NCBI RefSeq assembly: GCF_016432865.1
Contig: NC_067400.1
Location: 533,200,001-533,264,000, forward strand
Reading direction: 5' to 3'
DNA length: 64,000 bases
DNA from: Antechinus flavipes
Lineage: Eukaryota
The position numbers were made by a program, and so were the translations under genes. Each line of letters opens with the position of its first letter. Position 1 is the first letter of the stretch. Positions 1 to 13,236 of this stretch are shown here, piece after piece. Under the pieces are notes generated by a model that saw only the letters and a program-made list of their open reading frames with translations, was not told the origin of the DNA and did no database searches.

Positions 1-689
1 ACTATCCCTTGCTTTTAATCCCCCGCCCCAACCTTTGATCACCATACAGGCTGGAACCAATTTTTTTAGTACAGAAAAGAAAATCACCTAAATATCATAA
101 AAATAATGTCACACAAACTCACACTAGAGTGTTTAATTAAGACTTAAATATAAATTTGTATTGCCCATGTTGGGATTTATGCCATTATTTTCTTTATTAC
201 ACCTCCGTATTGTACTATGAGCTCCTTCTGAGGAAAAAGCAAATTACCAGCTTCCAATAGAACAAAATGTGAACAGAATAAATTTAACAACTATGCTGTG
301 TTATCCTAGCAACCAAAGTTTAAAAAAAATCTGATGTGATAAAAAATGACACAAGAGAACAAATGCATCAAGTTGTTATGGAAACCAAAAGATGTGGGCT
401 GAAATTTATGTATCTGGAATTGAAAGAAATATTCTAAGCAACTAAAATAAGCATTTGCTTATTAGAATATTCCCCCAAATAGTACTTATCTATAACCATT
501 ACAAAATTTACACTATAATGTCTGCTTTTCTTTTTATTTCCAATTGGTGACTTGTTTTTTTGGCAACATCTTTTCTGGGATGAAATCTGGTTTCTAGAAA
601 AGGGTTACAAAAGCCAATTTCAAAATAGTCCTCTTGATCACATTTATATTTCTTATTTTTGTTTCATGTTCCTTTTAGGAAAAGTATTT

Positions 690-722
690 ATCTCTGTGTG
701 TCTCTGTCTCTGTCTCTGCCTT

Positions 723-756
<34 letters not shown>

Positions 757-778
757 CCCCCCCTTTTTTTCTCTCTCC
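690..778. repeat. (CT/TGTC)n microsatellite and pyrimidine tract
   Basis: Run of tgtctc/ctct units followed by C and T tracts. Confidence 0.9.
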
Positions 779-809
779 TTTTTCATTATAAAGTAGTCAA
801 TTGGCAGAT

Positions 810-1030
810 TATGGGAAAGAGCACTGGATTTGGAATCAGAGGACCTTCATTCAAATCCCACTTCTGTCTCTTTACTTATAGTAGTAAACTTATAGTGTAA
901 CGCTGAGCAAGTTAATTCACTCATAATTATCCTATTTGTAAAAAGTGTAGGGCTGAATGTAAAAAAAAAAAAAAAAAAAAAGATGGGGCTGGCCTAGTTG
1001 GCCACTAATGTTCCTACCAACTCCAAATCT
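810..1030 (+). mobile_element. MIR-family (CORE) SINE
   Basis: tRNA-like head (gagcactggatttggaatcagaggacc..ttcaaatcc) and core (ctgagcaagttaattcac..cctatttgtaaaa). Confidence 0.7.
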
Positions 1031-1591
1031 ATGATCTTATTCACAAGCCAAAGCTCCAGTTTTTTAGATAATTCCAAAGAACTTTAGACATACAGATTGT
1101 TGAATAATAACTGATGTTTGATTATTGAAGGAAGCCAATTCAGATTTCACTCACTTATATTTAGTGATTTTTGCTCCACTGCAATAGGCATTTCTTTTGG
1201 CCTGAATTATTTGGAAGAATTTTACAACTTTTCATTTTATTTGATGATATAGACAATCTTAGAATGAGAGCCAAAAATGTGACAATTGAAAAGGAGCCAA
1301 ACTTGATGTAAAGTTCTTTGAAATATATATAACTTCTCTTACCCAGAAAACCTTTAATTTTAAAAGATAATTCATAAGACTGCAAAGACTGGATAGTCCA
1401 AAGCAAAGAACACACTTGTGGCAGAATATGTTTTCTGTTTTCTTCTTATTATTAAGATGTCAACTGGCCTAATCCTCAATTCCAAAAGAAAAAAAAATGG
1501 ATTCTGTTATCACATCTATGTTAATTGGAACTTACAATTCTACTTTTGTCTTCTCAAATGCCAATCTTATAATTACAAAAGAAGGTTGACA

Positions 1592-2349
1592 ACATCCAGC
1601 CATTCTGGAGAGCAATTTGGAACTATGCTCAAAAAGTTATCAAACTGTGCATACCCTTTGATCCAGCAGTGTTTCTACTGGGCTTATACCCCAAAGACAT
1701 ATTAAAGAAAGGAAAGGGACCTCTATGTGCCAAAATGTTTGTGGCAGCCCTATTTGTAGTGGCTAGAAGCTGGAAAATGAAAGGATGTCCATCAATTGGA
1801 GAATGGTTGAGTAAATTATGGTATATGAATGTTATGGAATATTATTGTTCTGTAAGGAATGACCAGCAGGATGAATACAGAGAGGACTGGCGAGACTTAC
1901 ATGAACTGATGCTGAGTGAAATGAGCAGAACCAGGAGATCATTATATACCTCAACAATGATACTGTTTGAGGATGTATTCTGATGGAAGTGGATCTCTTC
2001 AATAAAGAGAGCCTTAATTGATCAAAGATGGACAGAAGCAGCTACACCCAGAGAAAGAACACTGGGAAATGAATATAAACTGCTTGGATTTTTGTTTTTC
2101 TTTCCGGGTTATTTATACCTTCTGAATTCAATTCTCCCTGTGCAACAAGAAAACTGTTCGGTTCTGCACACATATATTGTATCTAGGATATACTGCAACC
2201 CATTCAACATGTAAAGGACTGCTTGCCATCTGGGGGAAGAGGTGGAGGGAGGGAGGGGAAAAATCGGAACAGAAGTGAATGCAAGGGATAATGCTGTAAA
2301 AAAATTACCCTGGCATGGGTTCTGTCAATAAAAAGTTATTTAAAAAAAA
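1592..2349 (+). mobile_element. Young 5'-truncated L1 (ORF2 C-terminus, 3'UTR, polyA)
   Basis: ORF 1669-1983 matches the L1 ORF2 end (KMFVAALFVVARSWK..WYMNVMEYY). PolyA tail present. Perfect 15-bp TSD aaaagaaggttgaca at 1577-1591 and 2350-2364. Confidence 0.95.
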
Positions 2350-2586
2350 AAAAGAAGGTTGACATAGCCTGCAGCTTTAGGATGGGAAAGATGATCTATT
2401 TTCTTTCCAAAGTCCTTGCAATCATTTTAATCCATAACTACTCAGTAACCTATCAGGAAGGTGAAGTATGGCAAATTCAGTAAAAATATTTATTATAAGG
2501 ATTTTTTTCTCAAATGAAAGAATACAGTGATCTTGGGGAACCCAAATCTGCAGCTAATGAAAATGGCATTAAAAAATCTTGGGCTG

Positions 2587-3580
2587 CTCTCCAATTGATA
2601 AATGGTCCAAGGATATGAACAGACAATGTTTAGATGATGAAATTGAAACTATTTCCACTCATATGAAAGAGTGTTCCAAATCACTATTGAGCAGAGAAAT
2701 GCAAATTAAGACAACTCTAAGATACCACTACACACCTGTCAGATAGGCTAAGATGACAGGAAAAAATAATGATGAATGTTGGAGAGGATGCAGGAAAACT
2801 GGGACCCTGATGCATTGTTGGTGGAGTTGTGAACGAATCCAGCCATTCTGGAGAGCAATCTGGAATTGTGCCCAAAAAGTTATCACACTGTGCATACCCT
2901 TTGATCCAGCAGTGCTACTGCTGGGCTTATATCCCAAAGAGATATTAAAGAAGGGAAAGGGACCTGTATGTGCAAAAATGTTTGTGGCAACCTTTTTCGT
3001 AGTAGCTAGAAACTGGAAATTGAAACTGGAGATTGACTGAGTAAATTATGGTATATGAACGTTATGGAATATTTTTGTTCTGTAAGAAATGACCAGCAGA
3101 ATGAATACAGAGAGACTTGGATAGACTTACATGAATTGATGCTAAGTGAAATGAACAGAATCAGGAGATCATTATACACTTCACAACAACAATACTATAT
3201 GAGGATCAATTCTGATGGAAGTGGCTCTCTTTGGCAATGAGAGGATCCAATTCAGTTCCAATTGATCAGTGATGAACTGAGTCAAGCACACCCAGCGAAA
3301 GAACACTGGGAAATGAGTGTGGACTGCTTGCATTTTTGTTTTTCTTCCCAAGTTATTTTACCTGATTTTTCTTGTGCAAAAAGAGAACTGTATAAGTATG
3401 TACACATATATTATATGTAAGATATATCTTAACATGTTTAACATATATGAGAGAGACTATCTGCCATTTAGGGGAGAGGATGGAGGGAAGGAAGGAAAAA
3501 GTTGGAACAGAAATGTTTGCAAGGGTCAATGTTGAAAAATTACCCATGCATATGTTCTGTCAATTAAAAGCTATAATAAA
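2587..3580 (+). mobile_element. 5'-truncated L1
   Basis: ORF2 relic ORFs 2753-3040 and 3055-3240. TSD aaaaaatctt(g/a)ggctg at 2571-2586 and 3581-3596. Confidence 0.95.
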
Positions 3581-5239
3581 AAAAAATCTTAGGCTGAAAA
3601 ATATCCCAAATACAATTTTGTATATAGGAAGGAAGAGGGAAGATTCTGGGAAGATGGCAGAGTAGGTTGGTAAATTTCAATTTTCATTAGCCCTCCCATC
3701 CCACGATTAGAGGTACTTACATTAAATACCTCTTATTTTTAAAATGAACTAGCAAAGAAGCAAGAATCCCACTATGGAAACATGGGGACAGAGGAGATGG
3801 AGATTCATCTTCAGAGGAGGACACTTTAGTTTAAAAAAAAAAAAAGCTTCTATCCCAAAGAGTAATGTGAAATGACTCCCTACCCAGAGTATAGAAGGGA
3901 GATGTTCCTACCCAAGCCATCATAATCAATATACTCCCAGTGCTAAGTAGCATTTGGGGGCAGGGAACAGGTCCCCAGATCTCTTCTTCCTTCTTCCCTC
4001 AATCCTTCCCTCCACATACACACACTTCATGCTTCACAAACTGGACTGTGTGATTTTGGTAATGTTCAAGAACAGATCTTTGTAGAAACTGTTCTTTCTC
4101 TGACCAGGGAAGAGAGACAGTGCTGGTCATACTTCAGATGTAATAATGGAGGGGAAAAGGGAAGGAAAAAATTCAGAAGTTTCAAATTAGAAAGGTCAAT
4201 CTTCACCAAAATATCTTCCTCATTAGTTCTTTCATGGAGAAATTTGCTCTCAACTGCTGATATCCTCTGCAAACCGTAATTCATCAATACTCTGCAGCCA
4301 TTAATCCCCTCTACTTGATTAAGTTTATAGAAAATAAGCACTTTGAGATTAAAGTCTGTTTTATTGTTCGGTACCCAGCACTTTTTCTTTGCACATAGTA
4401 AGATGCTGAGGCAATGTTTGTGGAATTGAATTGGATTGAAAATTAGCAGAACTATGGAGAATGGGCAAGGGAAGTTTTGATGAAATGTGTGAGTATGAGG
4501 AGAGAGGAAGGAATACATCTCATAGAAGATATTTGGGGAAAGGGGTGGGGGAAGAAAATGGATACCAGAGTAGAAAAGTAAAAACCATAAATATTAGAGA
4601 ATAAGAAGTAGGGGGAACAGAGAGAGAAAGGAAGATGATGCAGGATAGAGAAGAAATTAACAAAAAAATTCACCTATTATATAATTTTGCTAAAGGACAA
4701 GTCTAATTTTAGAAAACTTTCAAGGAATCCTCAGTGACTTCTTTTAAATATTATCATATGTAACCTGCCAAGCAGATTCAATCTTGGGAGTTTCTCACTA
4801 AACATCCCTCTGAGAATTTCAGAATTTAGCTTTATGTACGCGAACTTATGAAAATAGAGAAAGAACCCTAAGCTCCCATAAAAGCACTCAGGCTAACAAA
4901 ATCTCCAAAACAGAGCAGGCATTATTTATCACAGCCACTCACAGAAAATGCAAGGACCTACATACAAGTCCATAAAACAGTCAATATAATCTATCTTCTC
5001 ACTGTCTTGGGTTTTCACCTCCCCCTGAGATCTATACATTTCCCCAAATTTACATTTCTACTTTGAGGCTTCCCAGAAGTGGAAAATAATTCTTCCAATA
5101 AAAGAGAGGTTCTTTTAAATGATGAGATTCCCAAGATGATTGTTTTTGCATACAACATGTTTGTTTTCATTGAACCCCAAAACACTCCAGGGCCTTCTTA
5201 ATAGGAGGAGGCCACTTTAAAGATATTATATTAGCAATG

Positions 5240-5960
5240 AGAGGCAAGTAGATATCACAGTGTATAGGGAGTCAAGATCTGGAGTCAAGAATATTTCAGT
5301 GTTTCATCTATGTGATCTTGGACAACTCAATTAATATTTCTCAGGCTCACTTTCCTTATATGTACACGAGAAGTTTGGATCATGTTCTCTAAGGTCCCTT
5401 TTAGCTCTAAATCTATAATCTATAATTTTTAAAGGAAAAATAAAGTGGATGAAGAATAAATAATTCCCAAATTATGACAACTAGTTTAATGATGCATAGC
5501 CCTTTCACTTAGGCCACTTGTACAAACTTGGGCAGGGACGAAACAATTATCTAGAGTCAAAACTAAACAAAAGGAGAGTGGTTTCAATCTAATTCTATGA
5601 ATAAGCACAAAGCTTTTAATAAATTTCTCTATGCTACAAAACTTACCTTTTTAACAAAAATACTATCTTGGTGATGCTACATGACTATAAATCTTGGAAT
5701 GCCATCATTTCTAAGGAAATAGGAAACCAAACAGACAAAATTGCTTAACTTAAAGTCAGAAAGACTTCAGTTCAAGTCCTGCCTGAAACTCTCATGGGCT
5801 AAGTGATCCCTGGCAAATCATTTTATCTATCAAGGCCTCTGTTTCCTCATCTCTAAAATGAGGATAATAATAGGACCTATCTCACAAATTTATTGTGATG
5901 ATAAATGAAATAACATGTGTACAATGTTTTGCAAACCTCATGGAGCCATATAAATGCTAG
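5240..5960 (+). mobile_element. Two MIR-family SINE fragments (~5240-5420 and ~5750-5960)
   Basis: Core motifs such as gtgatccctggcaaatca..gtttcctcatctctaaaatgagg. Confidence 0.65.
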
Positions 5961-6318
5961 CTCTTATTATTTCTATTATTTTCATTATTAATAACAAAAA
6001 TTATAAGTGAGCCAAATTATAATGGAAAGATATAAGTCTACGCAAGCTGCAGCATATGACGAATGTTGTCTTTTGTTTAAGCATGAGTATAAGAAACATT
6101 ACTAATTGTATACATGGTCACAAAAGTGATCAAGCAAATGTGTGTAAAGGATGTAAAATGTCTTAGCAAAGGCACTTTGGGGAGAATGGCAGAGTTTGCG
6201 ATGAGCTGTTTCATGTAGTATGAATGTTCCATGGTATCCAAAAATATTAAAAGACCCAGAGGAAGTCCACCATTGTGTTGGTTATATTTTGAATAGAGTT
6301 TCTAGAAAGAAAATTTTG

Positions 6319-6845
6319 CAATTTCCAATTCTTTGCCACCACAAAGAAATCTGCTATAAACATCCCATCCACATTCAAAAAGATTTTCACAAAAAGATGA
6401 AGAGCAAAGTGAGCATAACCAAGAGAACATTTACATAGTAATAGCAATATTGTTTTAAGAATGGCTTTGAGAAACTAAGTCATTTTGACTATTATAAATA
6501 CTAAATTAAAAATAAAAGCCATATTAAGAAAGACATTATCTGTAACCACAGAAAGAACTAATAAATAGAAGCATAGAATAATTTTACACACACACACACA
6601 CGTATATGGACATCTATTTGTGTCTAATGGTACTCATTCTAGAGTGAGAGGTGGAGAGGAGGAGGAAAGAAAAAATAGAAAAAAAAGAAATTTACATGAT
6701 AACTTTGTTTTCTATTTGGAGATCACAAATTGTAAATGGTAGATTTGTAATTTCATGTGCAATCATTTTTTTATTGATTCTTTTATTCCATGAATTAAAA
6801 GTAAGGTAAGTTTTTTTTTAAATAAAAAACTAAAATAAAAAAAGA
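6319..6845 (+). mobile_element. Older L1 3' fragment with a short inverted 5' piece
   Basis: 6319-6363 is the reverse complement of L1 atgtttatagcag..ggaaattg. From ~6390 the sequence is L1 3' end in sense (gtgagcataaccaagagaac). Confidence 0.7.
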
Positions 6846-7029
6846 GAACCACGGAGCTCCTACAACATTTTTGACAAAAGAGGGGTCATATTTGCCTTTG
6901 CTTAATGATTCACAGTGAAGAGGAACTCATTTTCCTTTGGGATAACTACATTTATTAGTTTTTTTCCTTGTATCAACTCTTAATTTGTTTCTTTGTGATT
7001 TCTAGTCATTGTGGCTAATTCCACTCTCT

Positions 7030-7640
7030 GAGGCCAAGCAAAACAAGGATAAAATCCCTCTTCCAGTGCATATATTTTTAAATGCTTAAAGACAGTACTC
7101 CTAGAAGTTCTTTAAACAACCTCCATTTTCTTCAAAAAGTCCCTCTATAAGCGGGATATTAAGATTATTCAACAACTTGTTCATCTTTTTTGTGAACATT
7201 CTTCCACCTATCCATATGCTTCTTGAAATGAGATGTCTATAACACAACATAATACTTCATTCAGATGCTAACTTGATAAGGACCAAGTAAATAAAACTAT
7301 CACGTCCTGGACATTTTGCTTCTCTTAACGCAGCCTAAGTTTCTCTTCTATGCCATACTATTGATTCACAATGAGTTTACTACTTACTAAAACTTCCAGG
7401 ATTTTTTCATGCTTTATTAAACTGCTACCTATGTGTGTCTTGCTCATCTTGTATTTGTGCCATGTTTTTTAATGAAACTATAAGATCTTATATTATCCCT
7501 GTTAAATTTTGTCTTATTTGATTTAGTCAACAACTCAAAGTTCTAGCTTACTAAGTTTCTTTTTTATTTTAATTACCACACATTTTATTACTCTTCTATC
7601 TTTGTATCTTCCATAAATTTAATAAGTATGCACCTTTGTT
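7030..7640 (-). mobile_element. L3/CR1 LINE relic
   Basis: Resembles the block at 16540-17430 (cttcttgaaatgagatgtc..aacacaacataatacttc; atcttatattatccctgttaaattt). Confidence 0.5.
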
Positions 7641-7689
7641 TTATTTAATCACTGGTAAGAATGATTTCAATATATTTTGTGATGTCTTT

Positions 7690-8150
7690 TGTTTTTACAT
7701 AAGTTACTTTTGGACTATGTGTATGTGTGTGTAGGGGTAGGACAACCTATTAAACCATATTAACCAACCATATTAAACATCTTATGGGAGGAAAAAAAGA
7801 AAAATTCATCAAAAAGGGTTGGAAGCCATGATCTTATTCAAAAATGTATACAATATTGTGTCCTCTGTTTCGTTATTCCTTCTCTGGGACTGTCATTGGT
7901 TTGTTAATGAATCAGAGTCTGGCTTGTTTTACTAATCTTTTCATTTTTATTGTTGTAGTCATGGTACATGTTGAATTTGAATTCTGTTTATTTCAGTGTA
8001 TCAATTCATAAGCTTTTTTCCATGTTTCTCTGATTTCTTCATATTTGTTATGTTAGTACACAATAATATTCACTTCCATTTGTATACATAAACTTTTCAG
8101 CCATTCCTCAACTGATGAGCATTTATTACGTTTCCAGTTATTTGCCCAGT
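7690..8150 (-). mobile_element. Old L1 3' fragment
   Basis: Antisense L1 3' text (ttctgtttatttcagtgtatcaattcataagc..ccattcctcaactgatg). Confidence 0.65.
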
Positions 8151-8789
8151 GAGAGGCAGTGTTGCATAGTGGGTAAAAAGTTTGCCTGAGAACTAGACAA
8201 ACAGCCTAGTACTTATCTCTATCCCTTATTATTATTGTTCATTCATTTCAGTTGTATCTGACTCTTCATGTTCCCATTTAGGGTTTCTTGACAAAGATAA
8301 TGGAGTAGTTTGCAACATCCTTGTTCAGCTCAAATGTTTTCAAATATTTTCAAAATGTCTGTGTGATTATTATTATTTCTTATTATTCTTTCAACATCTT
8401 ATGCATGTCCCTCTCCTTTTTTCTCCATCAAAGTAGTTTCTCTTGGCATCATCAGAATTTTAGTTTTAAGAGCTTCTAATCACTCAAGTTGACTTTTCCT
8501 GTAGAATTTTCTCCCATGAGATTATACTTATCATTTCTCTAAAGTCTCTAAGTCTGTTTTTCCAGACTCTAATGTGCATTCCCACTGTACCTGCTTTTCC
8601 TTTTTTCAATCATAAATTTCAAGATAGATGATCACTTTGTTCCAGAGTTCTCATGATTTCTATTCCAACAACCAAGGCTTCTTTATTAGTGAGAATCAAA
8701 TATATAAATTGTCTTCATCTCTTCCTCCACTTTTGAGGGATGAAATTATAATTAAGGCAAAGAAATACACACTGTGTATGAGAGAGAGA

Positions 8790-8924
8790 NNNNNNNNNNN
8801 NNNNNNNNNNNNNNNNNNNNNNNNNNNNNNNNNNNNNNNNNNNNNNNNNNNNNNNNNNNNNNNNNNNNNNNNNNNNNNNNNNNNNNNNNNNNNNNNNNNN
8901 NNNNNNNNNNNNNNNNNNNNNNNN
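8790..8924. other. Assembly gap
   Basis: N run following a (GA)n repeat. Confidence 1.
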
Positions 8925-9759
8925 GACCAAATCATTGTAGTCCCCCATCATTCCACTAGCCTTCTTCTGGGTATAGCTTATGATTTGTTTTCTAAAGTCC
9001 TCATCTATTTTCTCTTTTTGTATAGGTGTTCTGTAATATACTGCAATGAAAATATCATTTTTTTGTGTCTGCCTCTGGTGATATTCATACATATTCTATC
9101 TAACATATTTCCTTTACCATCATGGGTAAGCCTCATACAACATGAAAAGGCACAAATGGCCATCAATCTTCACCAATAGAAGAACAATTCATCCTAAAAA
9201 GTTTTAAGTTTATAGACCCCTTAAAGTATTGATCTTCTTATTCCTTCTGTATTCTTCTGCAGAGTCGGGGGAAATCATATGGTAAAAGTTCATATTTGAC
9301 ACTTTATATATTATTTCTCTTGTTTCACAGCAGCCCCAGGAAAGATATTAATGTGATAATTTAAACCATTTTACAAATAGGGAAATTGAGGATCAGAGAA
9401 GTTAAGTGATTTTCCAATGGTTACAACCATTCAGAGTCAAAATTTTAAACTTCTACAAATCTAATATCCCATCCATTCTGTCCATATTTGATTACTTAGA
9501 AAGGTTTTCCTAATGTTTCAAATTAAGAATAGTACTGTGACTGTTCAGAATGATATAGAAATTGGGAATCCTCTGCTATTTCTCCCACGGATGTTGCCTT
9601 ATTAAAATCTCTCAAGTTATAAAGATGGAAATATCTTTGACTTTTACTTTCTAATAGCAAATCTGTAGCCAAGTACATTCATTTATTTCTTCAAAATTGC
9701 TCTCAAACTCATATTTTTTGCTGTATGAATACAGTTCTTACCAACTTAGTCCAGGCCTC

Positions 9760-10225
9760 ATCTCTTATATAAAATATTTCAACAGCTTCTCAAATTGGTC
9801 TCTTGACCTTCATTCCTTCCCTTGTCTCCAACCAACCTCATTTGCTGTTGCTTCCCAACAAAATCATTTTTTCAAATCAGGTCAATTGGTTCATGCTATT
9901 TAGCCCATTTAGAATGATCTTCTCTTTTCCCCTCTTCCTTTCTAAAACCTGTTCACCTTTTAAGATTCAGTTCTATCCCCAACAGCTCCATGAGACACTG
10001 CCCAGCCACTCTTGTCATAAATGCCTGATCCATTCTTCTAGATCCTTTTCAATTTATCCCAAGACATATAATTTAGAACTTAACTCTTCTCAGGTTGTTT
10101 TGAGTGTAGAAGCTATGATTCTGCCAACTTAAATGCCCTCCCTAAGGCTAGGATTATGAATTTTTGCTCTTATCCTCTTATCTATGTTATAAAGCAAGGT
10201 AAAGTATTGATCAATTGAATTGTTG
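9760..10225 (+). mobile_element. L2 LINE 3' fragment
   Basis: Pyrimidine-rich L2 text (cttagtccaggcctcatc..acagcttctcaaattggtctc) ending in a ttgaattg-type tail. Confidence 0.65.
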
Positions 10226-10450
10226 TTCTTATTCCATCATTTCAGTCATATCCAGCTCTTGTAACTCCATTTGGGGTTTTCTTGACAAAAATAACAAAAT
10301 AGTTTGCCATTTCCTCCTCCAGCTCACTTCACAGATGAGAAAAGTGAGGCAAACAGGGTTAACTGACTTGCCCAGGGAACAGAGGTAGTAAATGTCTAAG
10401 GATGGATTTGAATCAGGTCTTCCTAATTCTAGACCTGGTCCTCTATTCTC
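10225..10450 (-). mobile_element. MAR1 SINE (CORE plus RTE-derived tail)
   Basis: atttggggttttcttgacaaa..gtttgccatttcctcctccagctcac..gatgagaaaagtgaggc. Confidence 0.85.
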
Positions 10451-10874
10451 TTTACTCTTGTCAAATTTTTTTATCATGTATATATTTCTTTATTCTTTTA
10501 CTTATCTTTCATGATATTCACATTTGTAATATGAGATATTATTTTAAATAAAAGGGCTGCAATATTTTCATGGTCCTCACCTACATAGATAGGACATAGA
10601 CATACATAGAAAGCTGTTAAGGCAATCATATTCCCAGTCAGGCAGTCTTTTAATATAATGGGGGAAAGTAGTAGTTTGGATCAATAATGCAATAAATATT
10701 CAGTAAGAGTCAAATATGTGCTCAACTCTAGTGATACAAAAGGAAAAACATTTCCTGCTTTCAAGAAGCTTGCATCCCATGCCTAGAATGTTTTTCCTCA
10801 CCATCTCAGTTAAACTTTTATCCTCAGAAGCCTTCTCCAGTTACCTCCAATTTATCCTATCTAAAATCTTGTTT

Positions 10875-11140
10875 GGGCAATGAGGTGGCACAATAGATTG
10901 AGGACCAAGAGGGAAATAAGGAAGACTCATTTTCTTGAGTTCAAGTCTGGTCTTATAAATACTTACTAGTTGTGTGAACCATGATAAATCACTTAACTCT
11001 GTTTACCACAGTTGCCTTATTTGTAAAATGAACTGGAGAAAAAAAATGGCAAACCACTTCAATGTTTTTTGCCAAGAGAACCTCAACAGGTTCATAAAGA
11101 GTCAAACATGACTGAAATAACTACCCCAAAACAACAAAAT
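10875..11140 (+). mobile_element. MAR1 SINE
   Basis: Head gaggtggcacaatag; core; tail aatggcaaaccac..gccaagagaacc..gagtcaaacatgactgaaat. Confidence 0.85.
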
Positions 11141-12531
11141 ATCCTGTTTGAACACAGTTACCTGTGTGTTGGCTCCCCAATTACGCTTTGAGCTCCCTGA
11201 AGACAGGGGCTATTATTTACCTTTCTTTGTTTTCCCAGGAATGAGCAAAGTGCCTGGAAAAATAGTACCTTTTAATAAATGTTTATTGATCAGACTTACT
11301 ATCTGATGGGAAAAGACAATATGAATAGTTATAATAGGAGGAAACAATAAGTGTGCCAAATACTGTGAAAAGTGTGTTGCAAATATTGTCATGTTTATTT
11401 CCACAACAACTCTGGGAGGCTGTTATTATCCCCATTTTACAGTTGAGGGAACTGAGGCAGATAGAAGTTAAATGATATTGCTAGTAAATACCTGAGACCA
11501 GATTAGAATACAAGTGTTCCTTGTAGTGCTCTATCTACTGCACCAACAATACATATATAGAAGAGCTATAAAGTGATTTGAGGCAGGAGAAGGTAATAGT
11601 AACTGTGGTGATAAGAAAAGAACTTACATAAAAGATAACACTTGAGCTGAGATTTAAACTAGAAATTTTGGAGAAAAAAGATGAGAAGAGAGAATATTAT
11701 AAGCCTGAGGGATAGCCAATACAAAGAAATGGAGAGGAAGATGGAGAGTCATATGTGTCAAGCAGCCAAAAGTCCAGTTAAACTGTACTGAAGTATGCAT
11801 AGTGGGGGAGAGAACAGGGAGCAACATATGCTAAGACTCAAAAAGTAGTTTGGGGCCAGGTTGTATAGGACTTTAAATGCCAAAGAGAGAAGTTTAATAG
11901 ATGATCTGGAGGGAAGCAGTGAACTGTTAGAGCCTATTAAATAAGAGTTATAGGGCCAGACTTACTTTTTGGGGAAATCATTTTGGTGGCTCTGTCAAGG
12001 AAGATTTGAGAGGGGAAAAACAATGCAAGAAAAGCAATTTGATGGCAATGACAATGATAGGCAAAAGGTGATTGGCACCTGAATTTAGGTGATACCTGCA
12101 TTAGTGAAAAGATGGGGAGGCAAATGAGATTTGTGGAGGAATAAAAAGAAAAAACTATTGCTTATTGATATACAAGATCAGGGCGAATGGAAAGTAGAAG
12201 AGAATACTGAGATTGCAAATTAAGGTAATGGGTTAAATGATGACTCTGATAAGAAATAAATTCAAAACAGGAGTATTTTGGATAAGGAAAGATTTCAGGT
12301 TGGGACATTGTGGATGAGATGTCTATAATACAACCATTTCAAAATTCCTAGTAAATAGTTGGAGGAGCAAGTAGAGCAAAGAGATTAAAGCTAGAAATAT
12401 AGATCTAACAATAATTGGCATTGAAATTATAATTAATTGATGAGGACACCAAGAGAGGATAGAGAAAGTCACAAAGAAGACCCAAGACAAAGTCTTGCAA
12501 TATGCCCACTTTAAGGAAGCTTATTTTAGAC

Positions 12532-12706
12532 TAAAGCTTCTTGAACTGTGTATCATGACCCCATATGGATAACTGGATTGCAAAATTATGATTTATTATT
12601 AGTGTTTGAATTTGTATACCTATTGTATATAGCTACATACTGAGAGTTACGTAAAAAAATTTCAGACTAAAAAAGGTCACAGGTGGAAAAAATTTAAGAA
12701 GACTTA
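12532..12706 (+). mobile_element. hAT-Charlie MITE (decayed)
   Basis: Degenerate TIRs taaagcttcttgaact / aatttaagaagactta. Degraded 8-bp TSD with central TA (ttttagac / ctttagct). Confidence 0.65.
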
Positions 12707-13236
12707 CTTTAGCTGATGACTTAGCAAAAGGTACTGAAAAGGGATGATCAAAAAGATATTAGGAAGATCCAGGAAGAGTAATATCATGAAAACACAGAGG
12801 AGAGAATATCCAAGAGAAAAAAGTAATAATGTCAAAGGCTGAAGGATGAGGACTAACAAATGACTGTCAGATTTGGCAATTAAGGGATTACTGGTGATTT
12901 TGGAAAGTTTCAGTTTCAAATGATTAATAAAGTTGAAAGTCAAATTTCTAAGGATTTAGAAGAAAGGGAGGAGAAGAAATGGAGATAATGAGCATATTTA
13001 GCTTTTGTAAGGAGGCTAAGGGAAGAGAGATATTCATGGCTAGTCTAAGGAAATAAAAAGGTTTAGTGGTTCTGTTTTTTAAAGATGGAAGACACTAGTG
13101 TATGTTTACAGAGGGCAAGAAGAGAATCATATATTGGGATCTGAGAGAAATGGGGGGGGGGGTGACAGAGGTAGGTGATTTTCTAGAGAAGACAGGAGGG
13201 TGGGATCAAGAATATAAATAAAAGAATTAGCCTGAA

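Noticed and set aside
4820-4990. Possible further inverted copy of the array unit (ttttatg..ggctgtgataaata..gcttttatg)
   Set aside because: Motif spacing disagrees (~40 versus ~20 nt) and the similarity is plausible by chance.
6020-6220. CpG-containing unique stretch as an exon
   Set aside because: No recognisable peptide and no paired splice sites.
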